Below are positions 25,556 to 37,672 of a stretch of 64,000 bases of DNA, in pieces. The position numbers and the translations under genes were made by a program. The stretch is from Lophium mytilinum. Lineage: Eukaryota. Numbering within the stretch: the first letter of the stretch is position 1; each line of letters starts with the position of its first letter. The notes under the pieces were generated by a model, which saw nothing but the letters and a program-made list of their open reading frames with translations, was not told the DNA's origin and did no database searches. The stretch spans positions 2,294,001 through 2,358,000 of the forward strand of contig MU004183.1 in assembly GCA_010093605.1 (NCBI GenBank), in the 5' to 3' direction.

Positions 25556-26510
25556 GGTGTCTGTGGGTCCGAAATAAAGGTGGGGACGACTATACTTGGA
25601 TGAAGAAATCCGGGGAATGCAGAGCAGGGAAAGGACAAGGGGTCCAATATTATAGCAAGGCGTCTGCGAACTCATCTCGAACAAAAAGGCCCCACCTAAA
25701 TTAGCGCGGAGACGCCGCAGCCAGTGGGTAATTCCAGGATGGATTTCCTGTGGAAGAGACGAGGTTCTTTGGAACAGAAATACGGCGTAACTTCGACTCC
25801 AGTGGTGACGCCGCTAGGGGGGGCCGGCCTTTTTTCATCTATCCAGAATTCGGCGGAGCAACCTCGTTGATCTCCAAGATGTAAAATAGTATAATTTTTC
25901 GCAACATCGTTGGCCTGCCATGGCCAAGACGTCTTCGCCAGCGCTTAACTCAACCAAACATGCTCATGCCTGTAGAATTCGGCAAGAAGATAGGGCTCTT
26001 TCTAGGGGCACATTCGAAGTTGCGACGGGATGTGCAAGCCACCCTGGGTAACGGTCAGGATCATCAGGGAGATTCCGGGGTATATTGTACTTCGGTGCGG
26101 ATCACAAGGCTTCCTAGGAGCGGAGGGGAGCCTTGGTGGATATAGAAATGGGTGCTTTCAACACTTGAAATGCTGTTCGCTATGTGTGGTGCTGAAAACA
26201 GGTAGAGTTCAGGGGCTCGGAATAGGGCACGCGGGGATGCGTATTTCGCTTAGAATAGAGTATTTTCGTGTCACTTTTTTTCCTGCTCCGCGGAACGGTA
26301 AACGGGAGGGCACATAAAGGTCTGTGTTCGGAGATTCCGGTCGAATATTTGTCACAGATGTCGCAGTCGTCCGACCTAGAAGTCGACGAGATCGATTCTA
26401 TTTCCGTCCATTGCCCCGAATGGAGGTGTTTAAGAGTGACATTCTGACGTTTGTTGGTCCACAACACCACAATCTGGCCCCGGTAGGAGACATCATCAAC
26501 TCTGTCTAAC

Positions 26511-27622
26511 ATGGCTTCGCTTGCAGGCAAAGTCATATCCCTTACTGGCGCCGCTTCCGGAATTGGCCTTGCTACAGCCAAGGTGCTTTACGCCCGGGGA
26601 GCGAGCCTCTCTCTGTGCGACCTCCGCGAGGATGCTCTGGCGAAAGCAAGCTCCGCCATTTCCAGTTCTGCATCCGAGCGGCTGATCACCACAGCTGTTG
26701 ATATACGCTCTAGCGACCAAGTCGATGCATGGGTTGCAAAGACAGTCAAGCATTTCGGTCACCTCGACGGCGCCGCTAACGTGGCTGGTGTCATCGGCAA
26801 GCATTATGGAGTTCATGACATTACCGAGCTCTCCAATGAGGAATGGGACTTCATCCATGGCACCAACTTGACTGGTCTCTTCTACTGCGTGCGCGCCCAA
26901 TTGAAGGCTATGCGAGATGGGGGAAGCGTTGTTAACACATCGAGTGTGACCGGTCTCGAGGGCCATGCAAAGAATGGAGCATATTCAGCTAGCAAGTACG
27001 TAGATCCCCGATACAGATCAAAGTTTCCCAGCAATTCGTTGATCTGAAAAACTACTCAGGGGGTATCCCGGGACCACCACAGTGGTGTCTTGGAGTCCCC
27101 CAAAGAAGTGTCTCAAGCAATAGTACCTTTTACAAGAAATCAAATTGGGTTTCTTATTTCTGAAAGATTTGCTGACTTTGCCACCTTTAGACACGGCGTC
27201 ATTGGACTGACTAAAAGTGCGGCAAAAGAGGTTGGTAGCAGACGCATCCGGGTCAACGCCATCGCACCGTAAGCTCAACCCTTCCTTCAATCTTGCAAAC
27301 TATTTTGGCCATCCGGCACGCCTGATCCCGACTGCTGGGGCTGTATGTGATCCATCCAGCGTTGTCATGACCGCTTGTAGTTGCGTAAACGTTGTTCTGC
27401 ACCTAAAGCTAATGTACTCGTTATAGCGGAATCATTAATACTCCCATGATTCATTCATTTGGCGCTGTCGAATCTGGCAAGCTAGATGTATTTGCTCGAG
27501 TACCCATTCCAAGGGTATGCGAGCCTGAGGAAGTAGGAAATCTATTCGCCTTCCTGTTGAGCGATGACTCTAAATACATAACCGCATCGACTTACCGAGT
27601 CGACGGTGGTATGTGCGGTTGA
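26511..27622 (+). CDS. short-chain dehydrogenase/reductase 1
   Basis: TGAASGIG, DGAANVAG, YSASKHGVIGLTKSAAKE, IRVNAIAPG, YRVDGGM; two introns (~26995-27190, ~27269-27426). Confidence 0.92.
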
Positions 27623-27850
27623 AGATATATCAATAAAACTCGAAACTTGCGGTCACGTTAGGATTTGTAACACGTCATAGCATAACAGAGCTTTTCAAAC
27701 ATCACTGTCAGATGTGACTTCTGAGTTGACAGTGACCGTCAAGCAGTGATACTGTGGTTTCAGTATGTTTACTGAACTAACTCAGCCCCAATAGCTATTC
27801 TGAAGGCTAGTGCCATTGTACAGTTGTCTGGCTAGCGGAATCGCATCCCG

Positions 27851-29295
27851 TCAATCCAGAAATGCTTGGGGCACTTCTGGGCCCCAGACCGCCAAACCCT
27901 CATGGCCGGCTGGACCATACGCGAGGGGGGTTTCCTCATTCACCAAATCTCCATCCGCATAGTGCTCAACCATGAAACCGTTGGTATCCCACCAGTAATC
28001 GAAGATCTGTGATCCGAGGATATGTCTACCAACCCCCCAGACGGATTTGTAGCCTTTCTGTGCGAGCCATTGGTGTCCCAGAGCCTGAGTGTCAAAATCG
28101 TGGATCTCAAAGCTGCAATGATGGACATGTGGATCTGCGTCTGGACCCAGCGACGTGAGGAACATCGTGTGGTGATCTACCAGATCCTGACCACGATCGA
28201 TATGTGCAAACATGGCTACTAATCTGCGTTCCGGCTTGCCGTCTACCGTAGATTCGACAGGCACGTACAAAAGATCGGATGGTATGATATTGAAATTCTT
28301 CGTATAGAATGACATTTGTGCTTCGAAGTCTTTTACACAGAGTCCAAAATGACCCAACTGTTAAGAAGAAAGGTTAGAAAACTGCTCAGACGCCGGGGAA
28401 GAGGATGTTGCCATGCGAGAGTCGATTGCCGTACCTTGTATACCTCAGCTGGTCCGGGCTCAAACCTTTGGAATTGCTTCATTCGGTCTTTGGTAGACTC
28501 GTCATTAATCTTCAGCTTCCCAGGCATCTTTCCAGTTTCGGACTTCGATTGACCAAAGATAAAATTGACAGGAAATCCCTCAGGATCTTCCACGGAAACG
28601 ATATGGCCGCCTCCTGGAGCATCCGTCATTTCTTCCACGCCATTGGTGAGACACACAGTTCCGGGGAGTCTTGCGATTCTGAGATGAGGAGCAGCAGATT
28701 AGCACTCGATTTTGATTGTGCCGGCATTGTTCAAGGCATACTTCTCCAGCTCTCCATAGCTCTCCACCTCGAATGTCCCTCCAAGATATTTCTTAGGCCC
28801 CTGTTGCGCGTAATACACATACTGATCAGGTCCGTACCCTCGATACCACCGCTGGGTCTCAGTCTTCTTTACTACGTGCATGCCGAAGTCTATTAAGTAT
28901 ACAAAGCCTCAGCAATCTTGGAAGTACAAGCAGCGAATTCCGCCGGTCCTCTTATAAAGTGGAGTATTTGCTTACCCCTGAGAAAAGTCGTTATTTGCTG
29001 CAGATCAGGATGCTGATATCGCATGTGCGCGAGCTTTACCAGCCGGATTTGCTTCGAAGCCTCAACACCATTCGCTTTGCGCCAGGATTCCTTACTACAG
29101 CTCTCTGGGCCAACAGCGATATGATCGGGCATCGAGGTGCCTCGATTTGGCGACGGATCACGGCTCATAGTATGTCCCTAGTACCCATAAGCCAATAGGG
29201 TTCGATCGTTGAAACTCGCGACGTACATTCTCTCGTAGAGGCTTTACCTTCTCCTCGGTAAGGTCGTGCTTGAACTCGTTCAATGCATTAACCAT
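27851..29295 (-). CDS. two-domain VOC-fold extradiol dioxygenase, trihydroxytoluene-oxygenase-like
   Basis: LAHMRYQHPDL, DFG, YRGYGPD, DPEGFPVN; C-domain LGHFG, DHH, HVHHCSFE, WGVGRHILGSQIFDYWWD, VEHYADGD giving a 2-His-1-Glu metal site. The start at 29295 needs a 49-nt intron 29226-29178; alternative ATGs at 29168 and 29132. Confidence 0.88.
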
Positions 29296-29906
29296 TTTGA
29301 ACCACTGTGTACCGTGGCTATGGGGAGTGGTGGAAAGTTTTTTGGACAAGTCAGGCACTCAGCCTTGACGAGAGCTGTGTCAGATCCATACTTTACCTAG
29401 CTACCTGAAAGCTTTTATCAATAGATTAGAAGTATCTCGGTACTATCAGCAGGCATCTTGGCAAGAACTTCATGTCTTCCGGCCGAAGTAGTGCAGAGTT
29501 AGGCCTTCTCAGAAGATCATTGGTCCCTGTATTGATGCAGAGAGAATCCCGGCGTAGTTCGACCGGCGCAAGCTACTGGAGTAACAGCCGATCAAACCTT
29601 TCGACTCTGATTTTCATTGGCGAGCATGGCCTGAATGCGGACAGGCGGAGTGCGGTGTGGGGACCGGAGCATCTGCAACTTTTTGGAATTAGGCCGGTAG
29701 TCTGGAAAATTGCCATTTTGGGACCTTTAGCCGCTAGTCCTATACACACAACCATTCTGTAGAGGCTACGCCGTCTTGAGTGCTGCACCTGAAAGCCTCA
29801 AGTAGAGTTACTATTCTAGCATTTTGGCTCACTGGAAGGACAACAAGGGGATCATGTCTGGTCTTTTCCTCCAACGGCTGATTTAGGACTTGCTAGGCCC
29901 ACAGAA

Positions 29907-30396
29907 ATGACGAGCTTGAAACTGGACAGCAAGGTTGCCCTTGTGGCGGGCGCTTCCTCCGGCACGGGCCGAGCTACTTCTTTGAGCCCTCGCAAAAGCC
30001 GTTTCGGTTGTCCAATACCAAATTCGAGCAATCTTAATTTGACCGCACTAACCTATTGCTAGGAATATGGACGCATTGGTACTGTTATCAATTGCACTGG
30101 GTACTGGGCGTGTTCTGTCTATCCAGTGAAGAAGAAGATGCTCCCTGGAATGAGATTCGCGCCAGGGTTCTGGACCATGCCTAAGACTGGATGAATATAA
30201 ACTGTATTGCTCTGGGTACTGTCGATACCAGTATGGCCCGCGAGAAACTTCGAAGATGAAGAAAATGACGAAGGAGGCGACTTATTGGCCAAGAATCGGC
30301 ACCTCGGAATATGTTTCTCTGCTCTGAGGCGTCTTCGTGGATCACTGGCCAGGTCTATCCGTTGATGGTGGCATGACACTAGGTATTCCGCCCTGA
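29907..30396 (+). pseudogene. SDR pseudogene (internally deleted and frameshifted)
   Basis: MTSLKLDSKVALVAGASSGTGRATSL N-terminus, YGRIGTVINCTG remnant and MFLCSEASSWITGQ/SVDGGMTLG C-terminus within only ~490 bp; no YxxxK seen. Confidence 0.75.
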
Positions 30397-31039
30397 TCGA
30401 GTAACCAGCGTTAGCTAACGGGAAGATCCTACAGAGCACCAGAGGCTTAAGATCTTCAAAGGCCTTATTAGGCATAGGCTGGATCATTACATGCCGATGA
30501 CGTTGTCATTTCCTCCTCTACTATGTACGTGGATGTACATATGGAAAGTTTCATTGAAGATCCACGATCGATAGCTTCTACGTTTGCAAACTATCCTATA
30601 GAAGCCACTGCTCTCTTTTGAGTAGTAAGTGTGAATGGCTTCACTAAGATTTATCTTAGTATATCACGGGCTGTTGCTCAATGAAGTTAGTATATGCATA
30701 TGGAATCCTTGAGCATCCCGTATCAGATCCGCACAACTCGCTTCCCAAATCGGATAGCTTCTTAAATGGGGAGAAGATACTGCGTACCTAGGTATTATTG
30801 AACTCAAACTGAGGCCGCAAGCGGGTATGAAATTAGTCCATCCGCTCCATTCAAGTTCCATTACTCTGTCCGAGTCAGATTTGACGTGTCATAAATAATG
30901 CCTTAGCAATGGCTGTATAAATAGCTCATCAGTGTCAGCCGGAACTGATAAAGGGTTGAAGCACATTTCAGAAACGATTCCAACGTTCGAAAATCTTCTA
31001 AGCTGGAAACGAGTGAGGAGCTCTAGAAAAACCAACAAA

Positions 31040-31724
31040 ATGGCGCACGGGCTTAGCAAAGGCTGGATCCAAGATGAGGTATGTATACCCCTCCTAACGA
31101 GTCATGAACTATGGATGTTAATTGATCGTAGACCACGTATACCGATATAGACAAGGAGCTTAGTCTGTTGAGTGGTCCAAAGAGCTCGGTAGGTTCTTCA
31201 CCACGCCCACAAACGAAGACTTTAGACTAACGACTGCCTTGAAGGATCACAAGCCAGAGTTTGCAAAAGAAGAACAAGAGATTCTCGAGCAGCTGTACAA
31301 GGGTTGGCTGGGTTATTGGAACAAAGAGTCCATGCACGACCCGGGTGCCAACCAGTCGCGCCGGTTCTACGACTTCGAAGAAATGCTGAGCTTCGACATG
31401 TTTGGCACATCAGGGCGAGGCAAGTTCAAGGAACACTTTGAGAGCGTCTTCCCATACTATGTGGACGGGCAAATGGAGTACAAGGACTTGGAGATTGTCG
31501 TGCTCTCGCCGACCCACGCATTTTCCACCGGTTCTCAGCACACATGGGGCAAAGCGGGAGGCGACCCATTCAGCATCACCTTCCGCAGAACCGGTATTGC
31601 CAGGAAGAAGGACGGACAGTGGAAGTGGATTCATGAGCATCTTTCATTCCCTGTCAACATGGCCACAAGGCTGGCGGACTTCAATGAAGAGACGGCGGCG
31701 TTGGACTCGTTCAAGGTCCAGTGA
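31040..31724 (+). CDS. SnoaL/NTF2-like fold protein (three exons)
   Basis: MAHGLSKGWIQDE|TTYTDIDKELSLLSGPKSS|DHKPEF...; C-terminal FRRTGIARKKDGQWKWIHEHLSFPVNM typical of SnoaL_3/DUF4440 proteins. Confidence 0.8.
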
Positions 31725-33025
31725 TTGGCTCCCGGCTAGCACGTTATAGAGCCTAGCTCTGTAGGTCTATACAAACTCACGAGTTCCGTATAGAACTTCA
31801 AAACCTCAACTCCGAGAGCTGCCTCACTGGGCCTAGGAGCTCGCAGTTCGAAGCTAAGAGCCGCTTATCAACTAGCAGCTCTTACGCTTGTATCACGGTG
31901 TCATAAGAGCTGAACACCTATGTAAACACCTTCATTCACTTTGGTATAAACACATGTTCAATTCAATCTATCCTCTGACGTCTTGGTGATTCCGCCCGCA
32001 TTCAAGGATTAAAGTCGTACGTGTATGCAACGAGCATGGGGGAGAATAAATATTCCAGGGTAATAAGACATGTACCTATCGTCAAGACTAATATGATCGA
32101 CGTAAACACTGGACGAAAAGAGCTGTCTCTTTTGGCAGGGATTATGTGCTTGCGAAAGCCACAGAAAGTGCCATGCACCGAGGACTAAAAACAGGATTGT
32201 TTTAGGAAAATCTCCCAAATCGGCACAACTTTGCCATTTGCCAAGGCATATCCAATTGTAGATATCCTCTTTTCCCCGGACACGCAGCCAATGGAAGCCA
32301 CTTCAAAACCAATCCAGGTCAGAGGATGCGCCTGGGCTCGGGCCAGGCCGATTCGGCCGGCCAATATGTCATGTTCTTCTCGTAGCCGAAGATTATGGAC
32401 ATCACAGAGTTGGCCTAAATCCGGAGCGTATAGATAGACTAGAAGAGGTTGGGAGAAAGTTTCCCGTCTCTTTACATTTCTGGAACGTTGGAAGACAGGA
32501 GTTTCTATGGGTGTCGCTAGCAAGGGCCACCCCTGTTGCTGTACCGCCCCGGGCACCTTTAACGCTCTATTTCCAGATCTATACTAGATATATTTACGGG
32601 ACATGGATTTCTTAACGGGATATAGATATCTTAAAGGGCTATATGCACCTTATAGGGTTGTAGAAGTTTACATAGACAGCGAAGTATACTTAGAGCCTTC
32701 ATTAACTAATAATAGGTTTCTACGCTAAGCGAGTGACGTGATAATTTTATGAAGTCATAATTTTCGGCTCCGAAAACGCGTGATATATCGGCCGGTCGAA
32801 TCGCCTACCCCATGTACCCTGTGTTGTAGATTGGCCGACGATGAATCTGTCCGGGAAGGGGTCTCAGAGTCTCTTTCGGATTTGCAACGGTTCGAACGGT
32901 AATATGCAAGAAGAGTCGTGCACATACAGATATATGCAAAGTTATTGTTCCAACTAAGACATGGCCTTCTTTGACCAGTATTCTTCGTCCTTGCATTAAC
33001 AGAGTCAACTTCTCACATCCCTTCA

Positions 33026-33551
33026 ATGGCCTCGCCCATGAAAAAGTTCAAAGCCAGCGAGGTCGTGACGCACAAGCAAAAGGAGAATTTGTATCTTCTT
33101 ATTCATGATAAGGTCTACGACGTCTCGAAATTCATCGACCAACATCCGTGAGCGCACCCGGCACCATTCTAGCCATTGATTTGCTAAAATGTTCTCATGA
33201 TATAGAGGCGGGCAGTCAGTGCAACTCGACCAAGGTGGGTTCGATGCCACTGAAGCTTTCGAGGAAGTTGGCCATAGCGATGCCGCAATCGAATTCATGA
33301 AGACCTTGCAGATTGGAGTCTTGGATCGCCAGGTAAGGCGCACTCTACATGCAAAAAGCTGGTTTGAATTCCACTTAACAAATCGGATTCCCTAGCCTGG
33401 AGACGAGAAGATCTTGGTTTCGTCAGGAAGCGCGTACAAGAATTATACAAAGGCCCCCAGCAACCCCAGCCTGTGGGGATCGTTGCGTTTTCTCCTTACT
33501 TTTGTGGTTGCATTGGCAGTCTTCGCAGCATGGACAGGGGTTCGGAGATAA
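33026..33551 (+). CDS. microsomal cytochrome b5 with C-terminal membrane anchor (three exons, missed by the ORF track)
   Basis: LYLLIHDKVYDVSKFIDQHP|GG, DATEAFEEVGHSDAA (both axial His), tail LRFLLTFVVALAVFAAWTGVRR*. Confidence 0.92.
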
Positions 33552-34254
33552 GCTCGCTTCAGACAGCTGTGCTATTCACACGCTCGACAAACTCCAATGT
33601 AATCTGTGTGGTGGCATCCTGTTTCACGGCGGGACAAAGCCAGTAAAGATGCATACCCTCTGTGTGAGCAGTAACCGGGCAGAGCAGGTTACGGACAAAA
33701 GAACAGCATAACGAAGAAGTCACATTGCAGCAGGAATGTTAGGAGCTGGGAAGTGTCGGCAATGTACGGAATTAGTGGGGATTAAGCTAAGGGTGCCTGC
33801 AACAACCAATCTTGAGTGCGTGACTGGTCAGGTAGCCTGTCCAATGATGTACAGGGAGAATCTGAAATTACCCCGAAGCTGATGATGAGTAAGCTAATAC
33901 TTGTAAACACTTCTCGGGTGAACATTCACACCATTAGCAGCAGGGCCATGAAATAGAGTACGCATAATTTTCCGCACTCAGTCCGCATTAGCTGTCACCG
34001 GATTCTCAGGTGTAATTACGACTGAAGGGAAGAAAGGTTCCAGCAACTGCGTCACCTCCACTGGACTCCTGCCAAATATGTCTTTCGTCCGGCAGAGCAC
34101 CCATTCATGCTTTTGGACCCTTTACAGATTATCTTCACTATAGCAGTATCTCATCAGGCTGTGCAAACTGTCTGCAATATCTGAAGTATCTGTCGCAAGG
34201 TTCTGTCTTGTATTGCCACAAATCTTTCATCTTCCGCAGAGGTTCAACGTCAAA

Positions 34255-35231
34255 ATGTTCAAAAGAAAGGTTCTCACAGTAACAGGCGCTGCATCTGGCA
34301 TTGGCAGGTCCACCGCCGTGCGGCTAGCAAAACTAGGTGCCCACGGCCTAGCGCTCAGCGACGTCAACGAGAAGGGTATTCTGGAGACCGCGAAACTCTG
34401 TCAGCTTCCCTGTGTGCTTCCTAGGGACCATTGACTAACACTGACAGGCGAGGAGCACGGCTCCTCCGTTACGACTCGAGTAGTCAACGTCTCAAAGGTG
34501 GATGATGTCAACTCATGGATTGGAAAAGTCTACAAGCATTTCGGAAGACTTGATGGAGCCGCGAACGTGGCCGGCGTCGCAGGCGGGGATGGTACTACGA
34601 CAATAGCCACAATTGTACGTCGCGTCCTATGTTTGCATTTGGATTATCGGAGCTCACAAAGGTTTAAAGGACGACAGAGATTGGAATCGCACGTTGAACA
34701 TCAACCTCAACGGAGTCATGTATTGCATGAGGGCACAACTCCCTATCATCACTAAACCAGGCGGATCCATTGTGAATGTTTCGAGCACTTCCGGACTGAG
34801 AGGGCTCCCACACAGCGCAGCATATGCTACCTCCAAATTTGGAGTCATAGGCTTGACCGAGTCTGCTGCCGGCGAGTTCGGGCGCGAGGGAGTGCGCGTC
34901 AATGCCATTTTACCGTGCGTGTCCTTTCGGTCTGTCCCCGTTATGATGTTGCCTGGCTGACGACTTTGCAGAGGGCCGGTTGACACGGCAATCTTCAGAG
35001 ATGGTGAGGCCAAGGGGCTGTTTGACTCTAAGGTAATGGGTGGTACAACACTCCTTGGCCGGATGGGTCATCCTGATGAGGTCGCAAAAGTTCTTTGCTT
35101 CATGTTAAGTGATGAGGCGTCGTTCGTAACAGGAGGTATGTTGACGGTCTCTCTTAAATGGGCGAGTAAAGCAGTACTGACAGTAATGTGCAGCTCATTG
35201 GACGGTAGATGGTGGATATTCTTCGTGTTGA
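34255..35231 (+). CDS. short-chain dehydrogenase/reductase 2
   Basis: TGAASGIG, DGAANVAG, YATSKFGVIGLT, VRVNAILPG, LGRMGHPDEVA, WTVDGG; four GT-AG introns. Confidence 0.92.
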
Positions 35232-35659
35232 TATGATGGCGAATTCAGAGGACGCGCAAGATTTGCTACGGGATGGTGCTTGACGTGTTCTGTAGCGGAT
35301 CTCAACTTTGACAGTGCTCCCCTTTGACAATTATCATTCCAAGCAAGCACTTGCCTTACACCCAGTCCTCAACGATGATTGTGACAATTTTGCGGGAATA
35401 AGGTATTGCGTGGTCAACTTTCTAGGGATTCCCAAGTCAATCGCTTATGTATGGCTTCTTCTCACGTAACAATTGCTTATCATCGCAGCCAATTGTCTCA
35501 ACGCTTTCCTGCCGCGCCGAATAAGCTCACGATTTTTGGTCACATGAATTTTACGTACTAGACTACCCACATTCACAGTCAGGACTTCAAAAAGAACCCA
35601 GCAATAACGGCCTCCGCTTCTTTGATTGCTCTAACGAGTCAACAGCGTGAAAGCTTGAA

Positions 35660-36876
35660 CTAGTAGGCGACGATAGACCGGGATTGATATGGCTCCTCCA
35701 AGTATTGAACCTCCTCTTCTGTAAGTTGAACTTGCAATGCCAGCAGGGATTCATCTAGTCTCTCTTTCGAACTCAAGCCCAATATTGGATTCCCCCCTTT
35801 CCGCAAAACCCAAGCAGTCGAGATCGCAGCCATAGGGACCCCTTTTTTCACTGCCAGCTCTTCCACCCGATTCACAATCGTTTTTTCTACCTCCTCCGCG
35901 CCTGTTGGAAGCCTGAATTTGGCCGTCTGGCCTCGTTTAGTCACCAAACCCCAAGGGCGCGCAAGAACGCCCTGGGCGACCGGAGACCAAGGAAGAATCC
36001 CGATTCCCGCATAGGCACAGTACGGGAGCATTTCGCGCTCTTCTTCGCGGTACAGCAAGTTCATGTAGTTCTGCATACTGATAAACTTGTGCCAGCCATT
36101 CTTCTCTGCGACCGACTGCAATCTCTGCAACTCCCATGCTGCCATCTGTCAAGTCACATGTCAGCGCGCAGGTAATATCGCTCACCCAACTGGAAAGCGA
36201 ACAGACATACCGAACTTGCCCCTATATACCGGACCTTGCCACTCTCCACCACGTCGTTTAGAGCGCGCATGATCTCTTCGTAAGGAACGTCTCTATCTAA
36301 CCGATGGATCTGGAAGACATCGATGTATGTTCCCAGTCTTTCTACGCACGCATCCACTGCGTCAAGAATCTTTTTCCGGCTGAGGCCAACTCTATTCACC
36401 AAGGGCCCATCATTGGCCATGCACTCCGCTAGAGGAATCTGACTGCCATCTTGACTCACACCGAAGTACGACTTGGTGAGAATGACGACGTTCTCACGGG
36501 GAATCTTGTATTTCTTCAGGGCTTTGCCGACGATGCGTTCGCTTTCGCCGTGGGAGTATATGTCGGCCTGTGTTCCGATTAGTCTCAGTGAGTGGCTGCA
36601 AGGTAGGAGCTGCCGACTGACTGTGTCCCAGGTATTGATTCCAAGTTTGTAGGCGTGCTCTATAAGGGGCAGTGCTGCTTCCTCATCTTGTATCCATTCT
36701 TCCCACTGACTGCTGCCGAAAGAGAGAGTTCCGAGAACGATCTTGGAGATTTTCAAGCCTGAATTGCCTAGACTGGACGCGCAGACTACGGATCAGCGCC
36801 ATGTTCCGGGGAGCGTGATTGCTGGATCGTACCGAGTGTACTCCATCTGTTGCTTTGTGGAGGCTACAGTGGACAT
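35660..36876 (-). CDS. aldo-keto reductase, aryl-alcohol dehydrogenase-like
   Basis: MEYTR|LGNSGLKISKIVLG, WDT|ADIYSHGESE, GLSRKKI, YIDVFQIHRLD, GKVRYIGASS, MQNYMNLLYREEEREM, PWSPVAQG. Confidence 0.93.
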
Positions 36877-37672
36877 CTTGGCTCCTAATGCTTTGGGAAG
36901 ACATAGTTAGTCAATGATATGAGCCTAGATTCTATCACGGTCATGACAGACACCGAGTTGACGAAACTTACTCGACGGGCCCGGAAATGATCTTGATGCC
37001 CTAGGCGATCGGTGATCTAGGGGCTATTTTCTTTCTGCGAGGTAGCGGATGCACTCGATAGCAATGAGCTCCTGCTCCCGATTATACGCTTCGATCTGCG
37101 CGCGCTGGTAGAATTGCTAATTTATAGCTTGCAATAGCGGACCTGGGCGTTTGTCGAATAAACGAGTATTAGGCTAGCGATATCCTCCTTCTCTTTTAAC
37201 AAAAAGGGAAGATGATCATTGACTGATCGTCGAAAATAAATCCATAAACCGCCTTCGCGGGTAGGTTAGCAGTAATATTGCTGATAGACCTGGGAGAAAT
37301 TCGTCCGCTCCTTCCTAGCCTATCTCTCTCAAAGTATTTCGTGTAACCTGATTGCTCCCCGCCTACAAGGTACAGAGCACTTGTCACACAGACGACTTAA
37401 CGTTCCGGGTCATTTGTGGGGTAGTGCGGAGGTGAAAGAGAAAGGGATTTGTTGCCCATCTGTCCGCCTTGCCATGGGCTAAATCACGCCGGGGTCGCCA
37501 CTAGACAATAGATGAAATTAATAATAATAAGAACCTGGTGAACATTCAAAGACAGTCCGGCCTGCCATATCATAATTATAAGCTTATAGCACAGTACTTC
37601 ACCGAGGCTTAACTCTCAAAACCCCAGTGTTCATTGTTTCCATCTCTCTTGCAGCTGTTTCTCGTCACCAAC

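Noticed and set aside
27090..27190. ESPKEVSQAIV resembling an SDR C-terminal helix inside an SDR1 intron
   Set aside because: Too short to distinguish from chance; the true C-terminal exon exists at 27427-27622.
29158..29358. Short protein-like ORF or uORF overlapping the dioxygenase start
   Set aside because: A GTACGT..TAG intron (29226-29178) joins it in frame to the dioxygenase, so it is more simply exon 1.
31750..32760. AT/TA-rich tract and a 123-aa ORF, possibly a transposon relic
   Set aside because: No terminal repeats or transposase/RT motifs could be recognised.
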